A stretch of DNA of 64,000 bases. It comes from Dehalococcoidia bacterium (GTDB lineage Bacteria > Chloroflexota > Dehalococcoidia > Plut-88900). The translations under genes were made by a program, and so were the position numbers. Each line of letters begins with the position of its first letter. The first letter of the stretch is position 1. The notes beneath the pieces were generated by a model. That model was not told the DNA's origin, did no database searches, and was given only the letters and a program-made list of their open reading frames with translations. Of this stretch, positions 15,168-25,727 are shown one piece after another. Location of the stretch: positions 480,001 to 544,000 of the forward strand of contig OZ240215.1 of assembly GCA_965197585.1 (NCBI GenBank). Direction: 5' to 3'.

Positions 15168-16799
15168 ATGGCGAGAACCACCAAGAGGAAGACGGAGGGG
15201 AACCGGGCGGCCATCTACGCCCGCGTATCGGACAAGAGCCAGGACGGGGAGGACAAGACCTCCATCGCCGAGCAGACGGGCGACATGGAAGCCTACTGCG
15301 AGAGCAAGGGACTGACCATCACCGCGCGCTACCAGGAGGTGGGCCGGGGCTGGTCGAAGAAGCGACCCGAGTTCCAGCGGATGCTGGCCGACGCTAGACG
15401 CGGACGCTTCGATACCATCGTGTGCTGGAAGTCCGACCGCCTCAGCCGGGGCATGTACCCCGCCGCTGCCCTCATGGAGGTCGTCGAGGCCCACCAGATT
15501 CGGCTGGAAGCCGTCTTGGACGCCATCGACATGAAGACCTTCGGACTCATGGCGGCCATCGGTAAGATCGAGTTGGACAACTTCCGGGAGCGGTCCACCA
15601 TGGGCAAGCGGGGTACGGCCAAGCAAAGACGGGTGCCCACGGGAAACCTCCCCTACGGGTACCGCATTGGCGATGACGGCAGGCCGGAGGTCGTGGAAGA
15701 GCAGGCGGAGGTCGTCCGTCGCATCTTCCACATGTACGTCCATGAGGGCATGAGGGCCTACTCCATTGCCGTGCAGCTGACCGACGAAGGGGTCCCCACA
15801 CAGGCCGGCAAGCTGACGTGGCTTCAGTCCCGCGTGCACCACATCCTGGGGAACACCACCTACACGGGCACTTGGGTATACGGCAAGTACCGCCATGTCT
15901 CCACCGAGGACGGCATGAAGGTCTACGATCAGCCGAGGGACACTTGGATTGAGATCCCGATGCCGCAAGTCATCGACGACGAGACCTGGGAGCGGGCGCA
16001 GAAGTTGAAGAAGCAGCGAAGCATAAAGGCCAAGAGGAACACGAAGGTGCTCTACCTGTTGCAGCACCTGCTGAAATGCGGGGAGTGCGGCCGCAACTTC
16101 CACACGAGGGCCTCCTGGACAACCACCAGCGTTCGGAACGGCAAGGCTTACACCTACGAACTGACCACCCCCAGACGCTACTACATGTGCAACGGCACTC
16201 AGAGCCTCCGCTTGCGCTGCCGTGAGCGTCCCTACATCCGGGCGGAGCAGTTGGAGGAGCCGATATGGAGCGAGGTGAAGCGGGTGCTCCAGAACCCCGA
16301 CCTGATCGTCGCCGGTATCGCCACCCTCGATTCTCAGGAGGGCGGCGGAATGGAGGAAGAGATCGCCCAGGCCGAGCGAGACCTGCGGAGCATCCAGATG
16401 GAAGAGGATCGCGCCATCAGGCTGTTCGTGTCGGGGAAGATCACCGAGGCCCAACTCGACCTCCAGCGCAGGTTCATCACCGAGCGGCTTGAGAGCGCTA
16501 GGGCGAAGCTGGACGATTACCGGGCTCGTGAGGCGAGCGGAACCGAAAAGCGGCGACTGATGGAGGAGGTCCTAGCCTGGGCAAAAGAGTTCGGCCAGGG
16601 CTTGGACGAGTTGACCTCCGAGGAGCGCCACGATTATCTCCAGAAGCTCGTGGAACAGGTCATCATCGACAGGGACAACAACGTGGACATCACGCTGGCT
16701 ATACCCATCGACGATGACTCCTCAGACCCTGATTCTCCTGACCCTGAGTCCCCTCAGCCTGAGTGCGTGTCAATTGGATCACAAGAATCTTCACGCTGA
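15168..16799 (+). CDS. Large serine recombinase (integrase)
   Basis: AAIYARVS catalytic Ser, KRPEFQRML, KSDRLSR; recombinase domain (PYGY); Zn ribbon LLKCGECG...YYMC; coiled coil. Confidence 0.95.
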   Translation: MARTTKRKTEGNRAAIYARVSDKSQDGEDKTSIAEQTGDMEAYCESKGLTITARYQEVGRGWSKKRPEFQRMLADARRGRFDTIVCWKSDRLSRGMYPAAALMEVVEAHQIRLEAVLDAIDMKTFGLMAAIGKIELDNFRERSTMGKRGTAKQRRVPTGNLPYGYRIGDDGRPEVVEEQAEVVRRIFHMYVHEGMRAYSIAVQLTDEGVPTQAGKLTWLQSRVHHILGNTTYTGTWVYGKYRHVSTEDGMKVYDQPRDTWIEIPMPQVIDDETWERAQKLKKQRSIKAKRNTKVLYLLQHLLKCGECGRNFHTRASWTTTSVRNGKAYTYELTTPRRYYMCNGTQSLRLRCRERPYIRAEQLEEPIWSEVKRVLQNPDLIVAGIATLDSQEGGGMEEEIAQAERDLRSIQMEEDRAIRLFVSGKITEAQLDLQRRFITERLESARAKLDDYRAREASGTEKRRLMEEVLAWAKEFGQGLDELTSEERHDYLQKLVEQVIIDRDNNVDITLAIPIDDDSSDPDSPDPESPQPECVSIGSQESSR

Positions 16800-17229
16800 G
16801 GTTCAGGTTGGTGCTGTAGAGAGAGGGTCGGGGACAGACCCTCCGGCGGTCTCCCAGCCCTCCGACAGTGCTAGAACCGCCACGTTGCCGGTCACAACAG
16901 CTGCCCAGCGCGCCAAGGCCCTGATCCCAAGTCTGAAGTGGTTCGATGAGCAGCCGCGGTCGTCGTAGTGGCCGCGGGCTACAACATTTGTGTACTGATA
17001 CAGTCGATGCACGAGTTGGACATCGTCCCCGCGTTCACCGCCGGGGCATTGGACAAGAGTTACTCTCTGAACTTGATGGGTTCCTCCCGGACCAATCGTA
17101 AGTGTAGACTATCAGCTGGCCTCTCTGACACAGCGGACAGGTAGTGGGCATGGACAGAGGGATGGACAACGAGAACTCAGAGGTCGTCGAAGCCTCTGTT
17201 ATTGCCGACCTCTCAGTGGGTGCTTACGA

Positions 17230-18048
17230 GTGATGGGCATACTTGTGAGAGTAGTAGCATTCTTAGGAACCTTAGTAGTTCTCGGTGGCATCGCGGCGGC
17301 TGCCATTCTACTGGGCAACGCAACCTCAGGCGATGTAGTTCTCCTCATCCTCGGTGCCGGACTAGGGGCTATTTTGAGCCAGGCCTTTGCATTGTCTGGC
17401 GATTCATGGCTTAGAGGGCGAAGAGAACGGGCGGCCCTCACTGGCTTTGTAGAGAAACTCAGGGAAGTAGAAAGTGAGATGGCTTTCTATCGCACATACA
17501 TGGCCAATGACTTACGAGCGTACCCCGCAGCAGGGATAGCGATAAGCGATGAGGCACGCCGGGCGTTTGATAGTTTGGCAGACATAGACATCAGTCAATA
17601 CCAATTGACCCTACAATCCTTGTTCGACTACGTTGAGTACCACCCCATAGAAACTAAGAAAAAGAGTGAAATAACAAAATGGTTGAGGATTTTCGAGGAA
17701 GATACCAAGCCATGGTTCGCTTCTGGACATCAACAAAGACCGAAAGGGACGCCGGGGCGTTTTTCGGCACTCCTTGATGTATTGGCCAAACGATTAGACT
17801 TCCTGCCTTACGTACGGACAAGGAATTTTGACGCGACCCCTAAGCCAATCCTAATATGTGGACGGATATTCCGCTTCTATTCGAATGAACCTATCACATT
17901 TCATCTATATGCTTCATGGGCATGCCACGTAGAGGCCAACCAAGTTGTCTATTCCCCTGCAGATGGGAAACTGTATTGGTATGATGTTTCCGACACGGGG
18001 AGGAGGTTAGTCGATACAACTGACTACGAGCATCCGTGGGCTGAGTGA
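17230..18048 (+). CDS. Hypothetical membrane-anchored protein
   Basis: Two N-terminal hydrophobic helices followed by a soluble domain; AT-richer than the flanks. Confidence 0.6.
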   Translation: MMGILVRVVAFLGTLVVLGGIAAAAILLGNATSGDVVLLILGAGLGAILSQAFALSGDSWLRGRRERAALTGFVEKLREVESEMAFYRTYMANDLRAYPAAGIAISDEARRAFDSLADIDISQYQLTLQSLFDYVEYHPIETKKKSEITKWLRIFEEDTKPWFASGHQQRPKGTPGRFSALLDVLAKRLDFLPYVRTRNFDATPKPILICGRIFRFYSNEPITFHLYASWACHVEANQVVYSPADGKLYWYDVSDTGRRLVDTTDYEHPWAE

Positions 18049-18061
18049 GGTTTCTTCAGGC

Positions 18062-18981
18062 GTGTTGATTCGCTGGCTCTCCCTACTTCTGCTGGTCATA
18101 GCTTTCGCAGTGTGCAATGCCGTTCCAACGCCGGCACCAACCGACACTCCTCTCGCTCTCGAATCCGGTCCGACCGTTGCTGCAACGCCATGGCCTGCTA
18201 CCTCATCTCCCCTACGCCAGCACCGACCCCACTCGCTGCCGCGACTACACCGGCGGCCAGCCCGACGCCCGAACCAACGGCAACACCCCACACGACGGCT
18301 GGAACCGATACTTGGCGAGGTCTTATGGTCGCCGCCGAGCACCGCTGCTCGGAGTACAACCCTGTCGACTACCGCTATTCGCAGTCTGTAGAGCCGCGCA
18401 TCGTTGCCAGCATGGGCGGCATCATCTACGGCCGTACACCGGCTCATGGTTCGACAGCACATCTGAGACCGACATCGAGCACATTGTCGCACGCTCCGAG
18501 GCCCACGACAGCGGCCTCTGCGCAGCGGATACTGCGACGAAGCGGCGGTTTTGCCTCTGGCCTGCTGAACCTGACCCTTGCCAGCCCTTCAGTCAACCGT
18601 TCGCAGAAGAGCGACAAGGACGCGGCGGACTGGCTCCCCGACCTGAACCAATGCTGGTTCGCAAACCGCGTGGTCAAGGTGCGCCAGCAATACACCCTCA
18701 CCATCGACTAGCGTGAACGCGACGTGCTGGAGAGCATCCTGGCGGGCTGCACTTCGGCCACTATGGTTGTGCAGCAGTCCCGTCCGCTCCAAACGGCGAC
18801 TCCGAGCCTATCTACGGGAGGTGGAGCGAACATCGATGCCCTCCGGTTGTACGACGACAACGGCGATGGCTGTATCACCTGCGCGGAAGCGTGTGCCCAC
18901 CGCATCGCTCCCGTTCACCGTGGCCACCCAGCGTACCCCTACATGGACGACCGAGACGGCGACGGGGTGGTATGTGAGTGA
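18062..18981 (+). pseudogene. Secreted HNH (DUF1524-like) endonuclease with C-terminal Excalibur/EF-hand Ca-binding domain, disrupted
   Basis: Signal peptide and PT-rich linker; DIEHIVARSEAHDSG, NLTLASPSVNRSQKSD; YDDNGDG and DRDGDGVVCE. Frameshifts at ~18200, ~18432 and ~18550, plus an in-frame TAG at 18709. Confidence 0.8.
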
Positions 18982-20090
18982 ACATCGCCGTCCCAGCGTC
19001 CCCTGCTGTAACAGCGGGGGCCTTTTGCTTGTTTCAGACCGCCGCAGCGATTCCGACACTCACGGCTACGCCCCGCCCGATCCTCGCCTATTCGATAGTG
19101 AGTAAGCGGAAGCTTGTCTTCCTAATTCAACTGAGCGGCTTGATCGTGATGGGGGACTTCCAGTTGGGTCGCACGCAGCGGCTGACAAGGATTGGATTGA
19201 CCTCGCTGGTCAGGATGGCTATGTTCCTGACTGTATGCTCCTCAGCGCCAGCTACCAATCGTCGCGTGGCGGCGGGCGACTCCGCCACGCGACGATCACC
19301 AGCCTCACATCGCTGTACACTAGCTCTTCGTCGAGTCGGCCTCTTGGGTAACCCGCTCCCGGGGTAGCCTCCAAGACGCAACTCTCCGCTTTGGCTCCGG
19401 ACCCCTGCCCGGACCGCCCGGAGGCTCCGCGCTCGTGTGGCAGCGCCATCAGTCGTTCGACGTTCCCGCCGCCCCTTCGATAATCGACTTCCTCGACCTC
19501 ACCCGTCATCCTTCGGCGTCCCAACATCGAGAATTTAATCTGTCAGAGCCACCACGGCGCCATCCAGAGGCATAGTCATTGCCGGCCGGTCCCGTAGACA
19601 CTCTGGCCAACGCCGACCGGGAGCCATCCACGCGGTCCACCAGACTGGATTCGAACTAGTGGGCGCTTCCCCTACTTGTGGGAGTACAACCTAGATTGAC
19701 ACTACCCACCGAAAAGTTGGCAGTACAGTACGCTTAGGTGTGCTTGATCAGACTCGAACTTCTAATCAAGGCCCAACGCGACCGGCACTTAGATGCGTTC
19801 CGCAAACCAGATCCAGTCACTCCGGTCATAGTCATAGGTGAAGGCGTGATACCATACATTGCGTGGCAATCTTCAGGGGCGTTACTTTCGCCCTATGAGT
19901 GTGGTAAGCATTGTGGGAATGAAACCAAATTGTAGGTAGCTCGTAGCTAAAGACGAATCCCACCCTCTCCGCCAGCCCCCAATAGGTCCCGACAGTCCTG
20001 CATTCCCCGGCCACTGGACGGAGGCCTGATGCCCAGTCTGCCTGTTAGCTATGGAGACCCACGACTCCTAAGGATCATCACATAAAGCCC

Positions 20091-21230
20091 ATGGCCATAA
20101 CTTCGCTGATCTCTGCTGACTCCCACGTTGTAGAACCTCCCGACCTTTGGCAGGAGAGGATAGATAGCCGGTTCAAGGATGCCGCCCCGAGGCTTGTAGA
20201 GGAAGATGGAGTGCATCGTTGGGTGGTGGGAGATGGGGTTAATTTGGGGTCGTTGGGTGCGCCTTCGCAGGCTGGGCGTCGGTATGAGGGATTGTCGAAC
20301 CTGGGGCTTGCCGCCCGAATGGAAGAGGTCCCCGAAGCGGCGTACGAACCCAAAGCTCGGGTAGAGGCCATGGCGCAGGATGGCGTCGAGGCCGAGATGG
20401 TCTACTCGACCATCGGGACCCGCATCTATACTTCGCCCGTTAATGGAGAGCTGATGTCGGCCTGTTTTCGTGCGGTGAATGACTGGACGTCTGAATTTGT
20501 CGGGGCTTTTCCAAGTAAGCTGGCTGGCGCAGCCCTTATAAACGTAGAAAACACCGAGGATGCTGTAGATGAACTGCACAGGTGCTCCAAGTTAGGATTG
20601 CGCTCTGCAGCCGTGGCTACCTATCCGGGAGATGAATCGCCCTACCGCCTGCCCTTCTACAACTCGTTTTGGGAAAAGGCCGAGGATCTGCGTATGCCTC
20701 TGAGCATGCACGCGGGCTCGGAAAGGCCGGGGCCCGGCAGGTTCAGCATTGGCGACTTTGCCATGACCGTGCAGAAGTCCGGTGACGCAGCCTTCAGATC
20801 TACCTACCACTATTGGGCCATGCGCTCCGTTGCCGATATGGTCTTCGCAGGCGTGTTCGAGCGTTACCCTGGCCTCCAGTTGGCTGTAGTTGAGCACGAC
20901 GTAGGCTGGGCGCCGCACTTCATACACCGCATGGACATGACCTATTCCGAACATGGGTACGTGTCGGAAATACGCTTCAAGGACGGCAAGCTTCCGAGTG
21001 ACTTCATAAGACAGAACGTTCTTTTCACCTTCATGGAGGACCCGGTATTCGTGCCGCTACTTTCTATGGTAGGGGTCGATAGGGTAATGTGGGGCTCGGA
21101 CTACCCACACCGAGAGTCGACCTGGCCACGATCAAGGCAAGTGCTGACTCAGGTGTTGGGAGGACTAACGGAGCAGGAACAGAGGCGGATCACATATACA
21201 AATGCCGCAGAGCTATATAGCCTGGGCTGA
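20091..21230 (+). CDS. Amidohydrolase family protein (Amidohydro_2)
   Basis: ISADSHVVEP; MWGSDYPHRESTWP. Confidence 0.9.
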   Translation: MAITSLISADSHVVEPPDLWQERIDSRFKDAAPRLVEEDGVHRWVVGDGVNLGSLGAPSQAGRRYEGLSNLGLAARMEEVPEAAYEPKARVEAMAQDGVEAEMVYSTIGTRIYTSPVNGELMSACFRAVNDWTSEFVGAFPSKLAGAALINVENTEDAVDELHRCSKLGLRSAAVATYPGDESPYRLPFYNSFWEKAEDLRMPLSMHAGSERPGPGRFSIGDFAMTVQKSGDAAFRSTYHYWAMRSVADMVFAGVFERYPGLQLAVVEHDVGWAPHFIHRMDMTYSEHGYVSEIRFKDGKLPSDFIRQNVLFTFMEDPVFVPLLSMVGVDRVMWGSDYPHRESTWPRSRQVLTQVLGGLTEQEQRRITYTNAAELYSLG

Positions 21231-21235
21231 CTGCG

Positions 21236-21772
21236 TTGGAGAGTAATGAGATGATCGAAGTAGAAAACTTAGAAAAGACATTTGACAACAAGTTTACCCG
21301 CGAATTCGGGTTCCCCAAGAAAAGGCCTGCGACCAAGGTTAAGTCTTTCCTATCCGACAAGGAAAAGGAATTCATCCAACAATCGCCATTTCTGGTAATG
21401 GCCACAAGCAGCGCCGACGGCACCTGCGACGCATCGCCTAAGGGCGGTATGCCCGGTTTCGTAAAGGTCCTGGACGACACTCGCCTGCTCATCCCCGACG
21501 TTGCCGGGAACAGGCTGTTCCAGTCCTATCTGAACATGACGGACAATCCCCACGTCGGTCTGATCTTCTTCATTCCGGGCATCGGAGATACGGTGCGCGT
21601 GAACGGGACGATGGAATTCGTGAGCAAAGAAGAGCTTGCACGTTTGGAAGTCGAGCTGGAAGTCCACAATCCGGACGACAACTCGAAAGTGCAGCAGGGA
21701 ATCATGGTGAGCATTGAAGAGGCATATGGGCATTGTCCCAGGGCGTTAAACTTCTCCAAGCTGTGGGGTTAA
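21236..21772 (+). CDS. Pyridoxamine 5'-phosphate oxidase-like FMN-binding protein
   Basis: SPFLVMAT, CDASPKGG.PGFV, PDVAGNR, YGHCPRA. Confidence 0.85.
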   Translation: MESNEMIEVENLEKTFDNKFTREFGFPKKRPATKVKSFLSDKEKEFIQQSPFLVMATSSADGTCDASPKGGMPGFVKVLDDTRLLIPDVAGNRLFQSYLNMTDNPHVGLIFFIPGIGDTVRVNGTMEFVSKEELARLEVELEVHNPDDNSKVQQGIMVSIEEAYGHCPRALNFSKLWG

Positions 21773-21835
21773 GGTAACCTAATCGGGTGCCGACCCACTC
21801 CCTTGTCAAAAACTGCACCACGTTCGAGGACTGAA

Positions 21836-22093
21836 ATGTCGTTTGCCGAAGTGCTGGGTACCATAGGCGTAAGCATGATTCTTGTTGGGTTCTCTCTCAA
21901 CCTGTTTGGCCTGATGCAACGCCGCACCTACAAATACGTCCTTCTCAACCTTGTTGGGGGAGCGCTGGCCTGCACCGCCTCAATCCTCATTGAGTTCTTC
22001 CCCTTCGTGATACTGGAGGGCACCTGGACCGTGGTAGCCGTAGTCGGACTCATAAACCTCTTGCGGTCCCGAAAGGCCATGGAGCAGGCATAG
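21836..22093 (+). CDS. Small membrane protein (CBU_0592-like)
   Basis: Three hydrophobic segments; YVLLNLVGG...FVILEGTW. Confidence 0.7.
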   Translation: MSFAEVLGTIGVSMILVGFSLNLFGLMQRRTYKYVLLNLVGGALACTASILIEFFPFVILEGTWTVVAVVGLINLLRSRKAMEQA

Positions 22094-22178
22094 ACTTGTG
22101 CCGCCTTACAGCAATGAAACTGCCCGGTAATTCAGGGGCACTTGACCAGGGCCTCCGCGCCAATCGGGGCCCGAGTCG

Positions 22179-23429
22179 ATGACTACAGCCTACGCCCCTA
22201 CCCCCGTCTACCCCCGATACCGATGGGTCGTGCTCAGTTCCTGGATGCTGCCTCATCTCTGGAGCTTTGTCTTCCTGTCCAGCCTTGGCCTAATGCTGCC
22301 CAGCATTCGGGAGGAACTTGGACTAACGGGCTTGCAGGAAGGCTTCCTGGGCGGCGCATCCCAGCTCGCCAATATCCTCCTGGCCGTTCCCTTCGGCTGG
22401 TTCCTTAGCCGTTTCAACCCCAAGCACATCACCACCATCAGCCTCTTCTGTGCAGCGGGCTTCATCTTCTTCCAGGCTTGGGCCCCGATATACATCCTGC
22501 TCCTTCTCGGCAGGTTCCTCTACGGCGTAACCGCCGTCGCCCGAGAACCCGCCTGGGTCATGCTCATCCGCCGCTGGGTCCCGCCCCGGGAGATCGTAAT
22601 TGCTAACACCATGGGCAACTTCATGTGGGGCTTCGTGGCTCTCGGCATTATGGCCGTGCCCCTGCTCATCAGGGTGCTGGATGATAGCTGGCGCAACGCA
22701 TCCAACGTCATAGCCTTGAGCCTGGTGGCCTTGACCATGGGATGGCTGTTTCTCGGCAAGGATGGCAAGAACTTGGAGGCCGCACGGCAGGCCCCGACCG
22801 AACGCATAAACCCCTTCGCAATCGTCAAGCGCTATAAGGAGCTTTGGCTTCTTGCTTTCGGGATGTTCGGCCAGGGCATCAACTTCACCGGTTTCTCCAC
22901 ATTCTGGCCCAGCTTCCGCCTCGACCATTTTGGAATGTCGGAACTCGAATCCGCGGTGGTGATGGGCATCGGGGGCCTCTTTACATCCTTTACCGGGCTC
23001 AGCGTCGGGCTCTACGTGAGCCACAAGGGAGGCAAGAGGACGGTGCTTATGCTTTCCGGGATCATCCTCGTCGCTTCCTCTATGGGATTGCTTTGGGTAG
23101 GACCCTTGTGGATCCTGGTCCTGCTGTTTGTGGTGCAGAGCCTCGGGTGGACCTTCTTCCCCGCCGCCACGACCATCCCATACGAACTCCCGGGCATCAA
23201 ACCCCGGGAAACCGTCGTCGCCGTCTCGGCCCTCTTCATGTCCCTATGGGGTGGCGCCTTCCTGGGCCCGATCATCTCAGGGGTCATACAGGACCTCACC
23301 TCGGACGTCCGGCTGGCCATCACCATCACCAGCATGGCTCCCCTGTTTATGACAGTCGCCGCCCTCCTCCTGTCCAAGAAATGGGACCTCCCCCCATCGG
23401 CAGAACGCTCCTCCCCCACCCCCGACTAA
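22179..23429 (+). CDS. MFS transporter
   Basis: About 12 TM segments, 416 aa, YRWVVL start, GRFLYG motif. Confidence 0.9.
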   Translation: MTTAYAPTPVYPRYRWVVLSSWMLPHLWSFVFLSSLGLMLPSIREELGLTGLQEGFLGGASQLANILLAVPFGWFLSRFNPKHITTISLFCAAGFIFFQAWAPIYILLLLGRFLYGVTAVAREPAWVMLIRRWVPPREIVIANTMGNFMWGFVALGIMAVPLLIRVLDDSWRNASNVIALSLVALTMGWLFLGKDGKNLEAARQAPTERINPFAIVKRYKELWLLAFGMFGQGINFTGFSTFWPSFRLDHFGMSELESAVVMGIGGLFTSFTGLSVGLYVSHKGGKRTVLMLSGIILVASSMGLLWVGPLWILVLLFVVQSLGWTFFPAATTIPYELPGIKPRETVVAVSALFMSLWGGAFLGPIISGVIQDLTSDVRLAITITSMAPLFMTVAALLLSKKWDLPPSAERSSPTPD

Positions 23430-23437
23430 CCCATTCC

Positions 23438-24436
23438 TCACCCCACCTTCGCCATCACGTCCTTGGCGAAGGACTCGACCTGCTCCATCATTTCGGGGAT
23501 GGTGTCACCGGCGATGTGCAACGCGTTGACGTGGTCGAAACCCTGCTCCTTCAGCCCGCCGATCTTATCGATCACCTCATCCACGGTTCCGATCCAGTTC
23601 TGTTCGACGATGGTATCTAAGGGAACACCCCTCGCGAGGCGCATCATCCCCTGTCGGCTGGTGCGGTAGTGCTCAACCGCTTCCTCGTGGGTGGCGGCGA
23701 GGCTCAGCTCTCCTTCGGCTACTACGTTGATCTCGTCCATGCTACGGCCCTGTGCTTCAAGGAGAGGCTCCAGGGCCTCGATGGCGCTTCTGCCCGCCGA
23801 GGCCTGAGTAAACAGCCCGTTGCCCCACCGTGCGATGCGGCTAAGGGCGTCGGGGTTCCGGCCGGGGGCGTAGATGGGAAGGGGGTTCTGGACGGGCTTG
23901 GGAAATACCTCCACGTCACGGAACTCTACGTACTTACCGGAATAGCTGACGGATCGTTCGGAGTGACCCAGGAGCCGGTGCAGGGCCTCCATCTTCTCGT
24001 CGAGCATGCGGCCCCGGTGTACGCGGCGCATTCTGGGTTGGATCATTTCATACTCGGCTCGGTTGCCGAGGCCTATGCCCAAGGCAACCCTGCCGTTGCT
24101 GAAGTGGTCCAGAGTCGTGATCTGCCGGGCCAGGATTATCGGGTCCCGATAGGGGAGCAGGACGACACCGGTTCCAAGCACGATCTTGTCCGTTACGGCC
24201 GCCAGGTAGGATAAGGACACGATGAGCTCGTACCAGTTAGGCGGGTCGGGGTCTTCCACGGGGGCTACACCAGGGGCGAGGGTCATGAAGTCGGTGCCCC
24301 AGACGGTGTGATAGCCGAGCTTCTCGGCGTCCTGGACTATCTTGACTATCTCCCGGGGCCCGGCGAATGGGATGGGAACGAAGACCGATTCTCGGCTGGT
24401 TGGTATCTCCATGTCGTAATTCATGGGTGTCGACAC
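23438..24436 (-). CDS. LLM-class (luciferase-like) flavin/F420-dependent oxidoreductase
   Basis: AEKLGYHTVW, LGTGVVLLPYRDP, LDHFSNGRVALGIG, PKPVQNPLPI. Confidence 0.9.
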   Translation of the reverse strand: MSTPMNYDMEIPTSRESVFVPIPFAGPREIVKIVQDAEKLGYHTVWGTDFMTLAPGVAPVEDPDPPNWYELIVSLSYLAAVTDKIVLGTGVVLLPYRDPIILARQITTLDHFSNGRVALGIGLGNRAEYEMIQPRMRRVHRGRMLDEKMEALHRLLGHSERSVSYSGKYVEFRDVEVFPKPVQNPLPIYAPGRNPDALSRIARWGNGLFTQASAGRSAIEALEPLLEAQGRSMDEINVVAEGELSLAATHEEAVEHYRTSRQGMMRLARGVPLDTIVEQNWIGTVDEVIDKIGGLKEQGFDHVNALHIAGDTIPEMMEQVESFAKDVMAKVG

Positions 24437-24680
24437 CTCCTGGGGTTGGCATGGGGCACCGGGCGATTATACGCCGCGAGCTTGCCGAGGGACATGGGTT
24501 TAAGGCAAGGGAGTCTGGGCTTTCTGAGGCGGGCCTTTGATTGATGTGCGGGCTCAGGCGTGATGTTTGATTGTTTTCCGGGAAAACCGGTTTTTTCGCG
24601 TATTGGAGGTGTGGACTAGTGGGCGGTTCCTTTCGTGAGTGGGGTGAGGGGAGAGGGGGGAAGGGTGAGCGGGCAAGTCC

Positions 24681-24757
24681 GAGATTCCTCGCGAAGCCTC
24701 GGAATGGTAAAAGGGAGGGGGAGGGGTGTGGACGCCCCAATCGGGGCGCCCACACCC
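24681..24757. repeat. REP-like palindromes
   Basis: GAGATTCCTCGCGAAGCCTCGGAATGG (24681-707) and GGGTGTGGACGCCCC-AATC-GGGGCGCCCACACCC (24724-57, 14/15 paired). Confidence 0.5.
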
Positions 24758-25637
24758 TGGGCGGCTGGCCGGTCGTCCCCAGTGGGGAAGTGGGCAAGGG
24801 GGAGGGAGGTGATGGAAGGTCCCGGACGGTTGCGCGAGAAGGCGTCTACGCCTGTGCCGATGGGTGGTGTCCGCCTCAGCGGAGGGTTGACATCGGTGAC
24901 GGCTCTGCGACAGCCCCTAACTTCTGAGAGGACGTGGAGGAGAAGCGAGGAAATCTCGCTGTGGGGCGGTCTCGACCACCAGAAGTGCTCGACCGTCCTA
25001 AGGGACGGGAGCGGGGACCCGTGACCGGCGTTCGTAGTCGGAAGTTCTCCGGTTGTGACGACGGTGGAATCCTTAAATGGTGCGTTTGTTTTGAGTCGGA
25101 GGTTGTCCGACTGTTCGGACTGGCCGGCAAGGTCTGCGCCGGTGGAGTCCGGGAAGGGCACGAAGGCCCGAGGGGGCGCTATGGCCCGAGGGAGCGACAT
25201 GACGCCGTGCTCCGGGGCGTCGCCTGAGGAGGCGAAACGGATGCGCCGGGTGAGTGGGGCGCGCACTTGGCAGCAGCCCTGGGAGAGGGTGTGCCGTGAT
25301 TTGTCCGGGAACCTTCCATGCAGGGGGCGGGACGATGATTGATCGCTGCGAAGGCGTAGGCGTAGGGCCTTTGGGCAGCGCTTGTAGTGGGAGTTAAGAA
25401 GCAGGATGGTGGATGGAAAGGGGCTGGGGAGGAGGCGCGTGCCGGTGGCCGGGCGGTGGCATACCGCTCGGTGTCGGCGGGGCCTGAATAGGCTAGTGCG
25501 ACTCATGGGACTCCTTTGGTTCTTTCCCTATATAGGGCCGACGTGCTAGGTCGGCACCTGGGGAATAATATAGTACACATGTTCATATCGAGTCAAGGGG
25601 TTGGCGTCACATCTGAGAGGAGAGGAGCCCCACCCCG

Positions 25638-25727
25638 TTCCGTTCTTGAAACCCTTCGACGGGGCTCAGGGCGAACGGAACCTCCTCCCTTGGGGATAGA
25701 TACAGGCTCTCGGCGACCGGAATGACG
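25638..25727. repeat. REP-like palindromes
   Basis: TTCCGTTC...CCCTTCGACGGGGCTCAGGGCGAACGGAA hairpin and a nearby ...CCGGAATGACG motif, resembling common REP/BIME units. Confidence 0.45.

Larger units (their letters stand above)
1..19750. mobile_element. Decaying integrative/mobilisable genomic island (left end outside window; right boundary approximate)
   Basis: Clusters a serine recombinase, coupling-protein-like ATPase, Replic_Relax protein, HTH regulators, an IS, nuclease cargo and several pseudogenes. Base composition is patchy (very GC-rich 5.7-11 kb, AT-richer 13.4-14.9 and 17.2-18 kb). Intact metabolic genes resume at 20091. Confidence 0.65.

Noticed and set aside
18709-18711. In-frame TAG as pyrrolysine or programmed readthrough
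   Set aside because: The same gene has three frameshifts, so simple decay is the parsimonious explanation.
19630-19662. Minus-strand ACTAGTTCGAATCCAGT resembles a tRNA T-arm (possible att remnant)
   Set aside because: The T-stem has a mismatch, there is no matching acceptor 5' strand, D-arm or anticodon arm, and no CCA end; it cannot be supported as a tRNA.
18978-20050. Several short ORFs at the island's right edge
   Set aside because: No motifs, RBS support or consistent strand; probably degraded sequence.
24616-25506. 296-aa minus-strand ORF as a real gene
   Set aside because: It has an RBS-like AGGAG but is low-complexity, has no recognisable domain and runs through REP-like palindromes; it was left uncalled.
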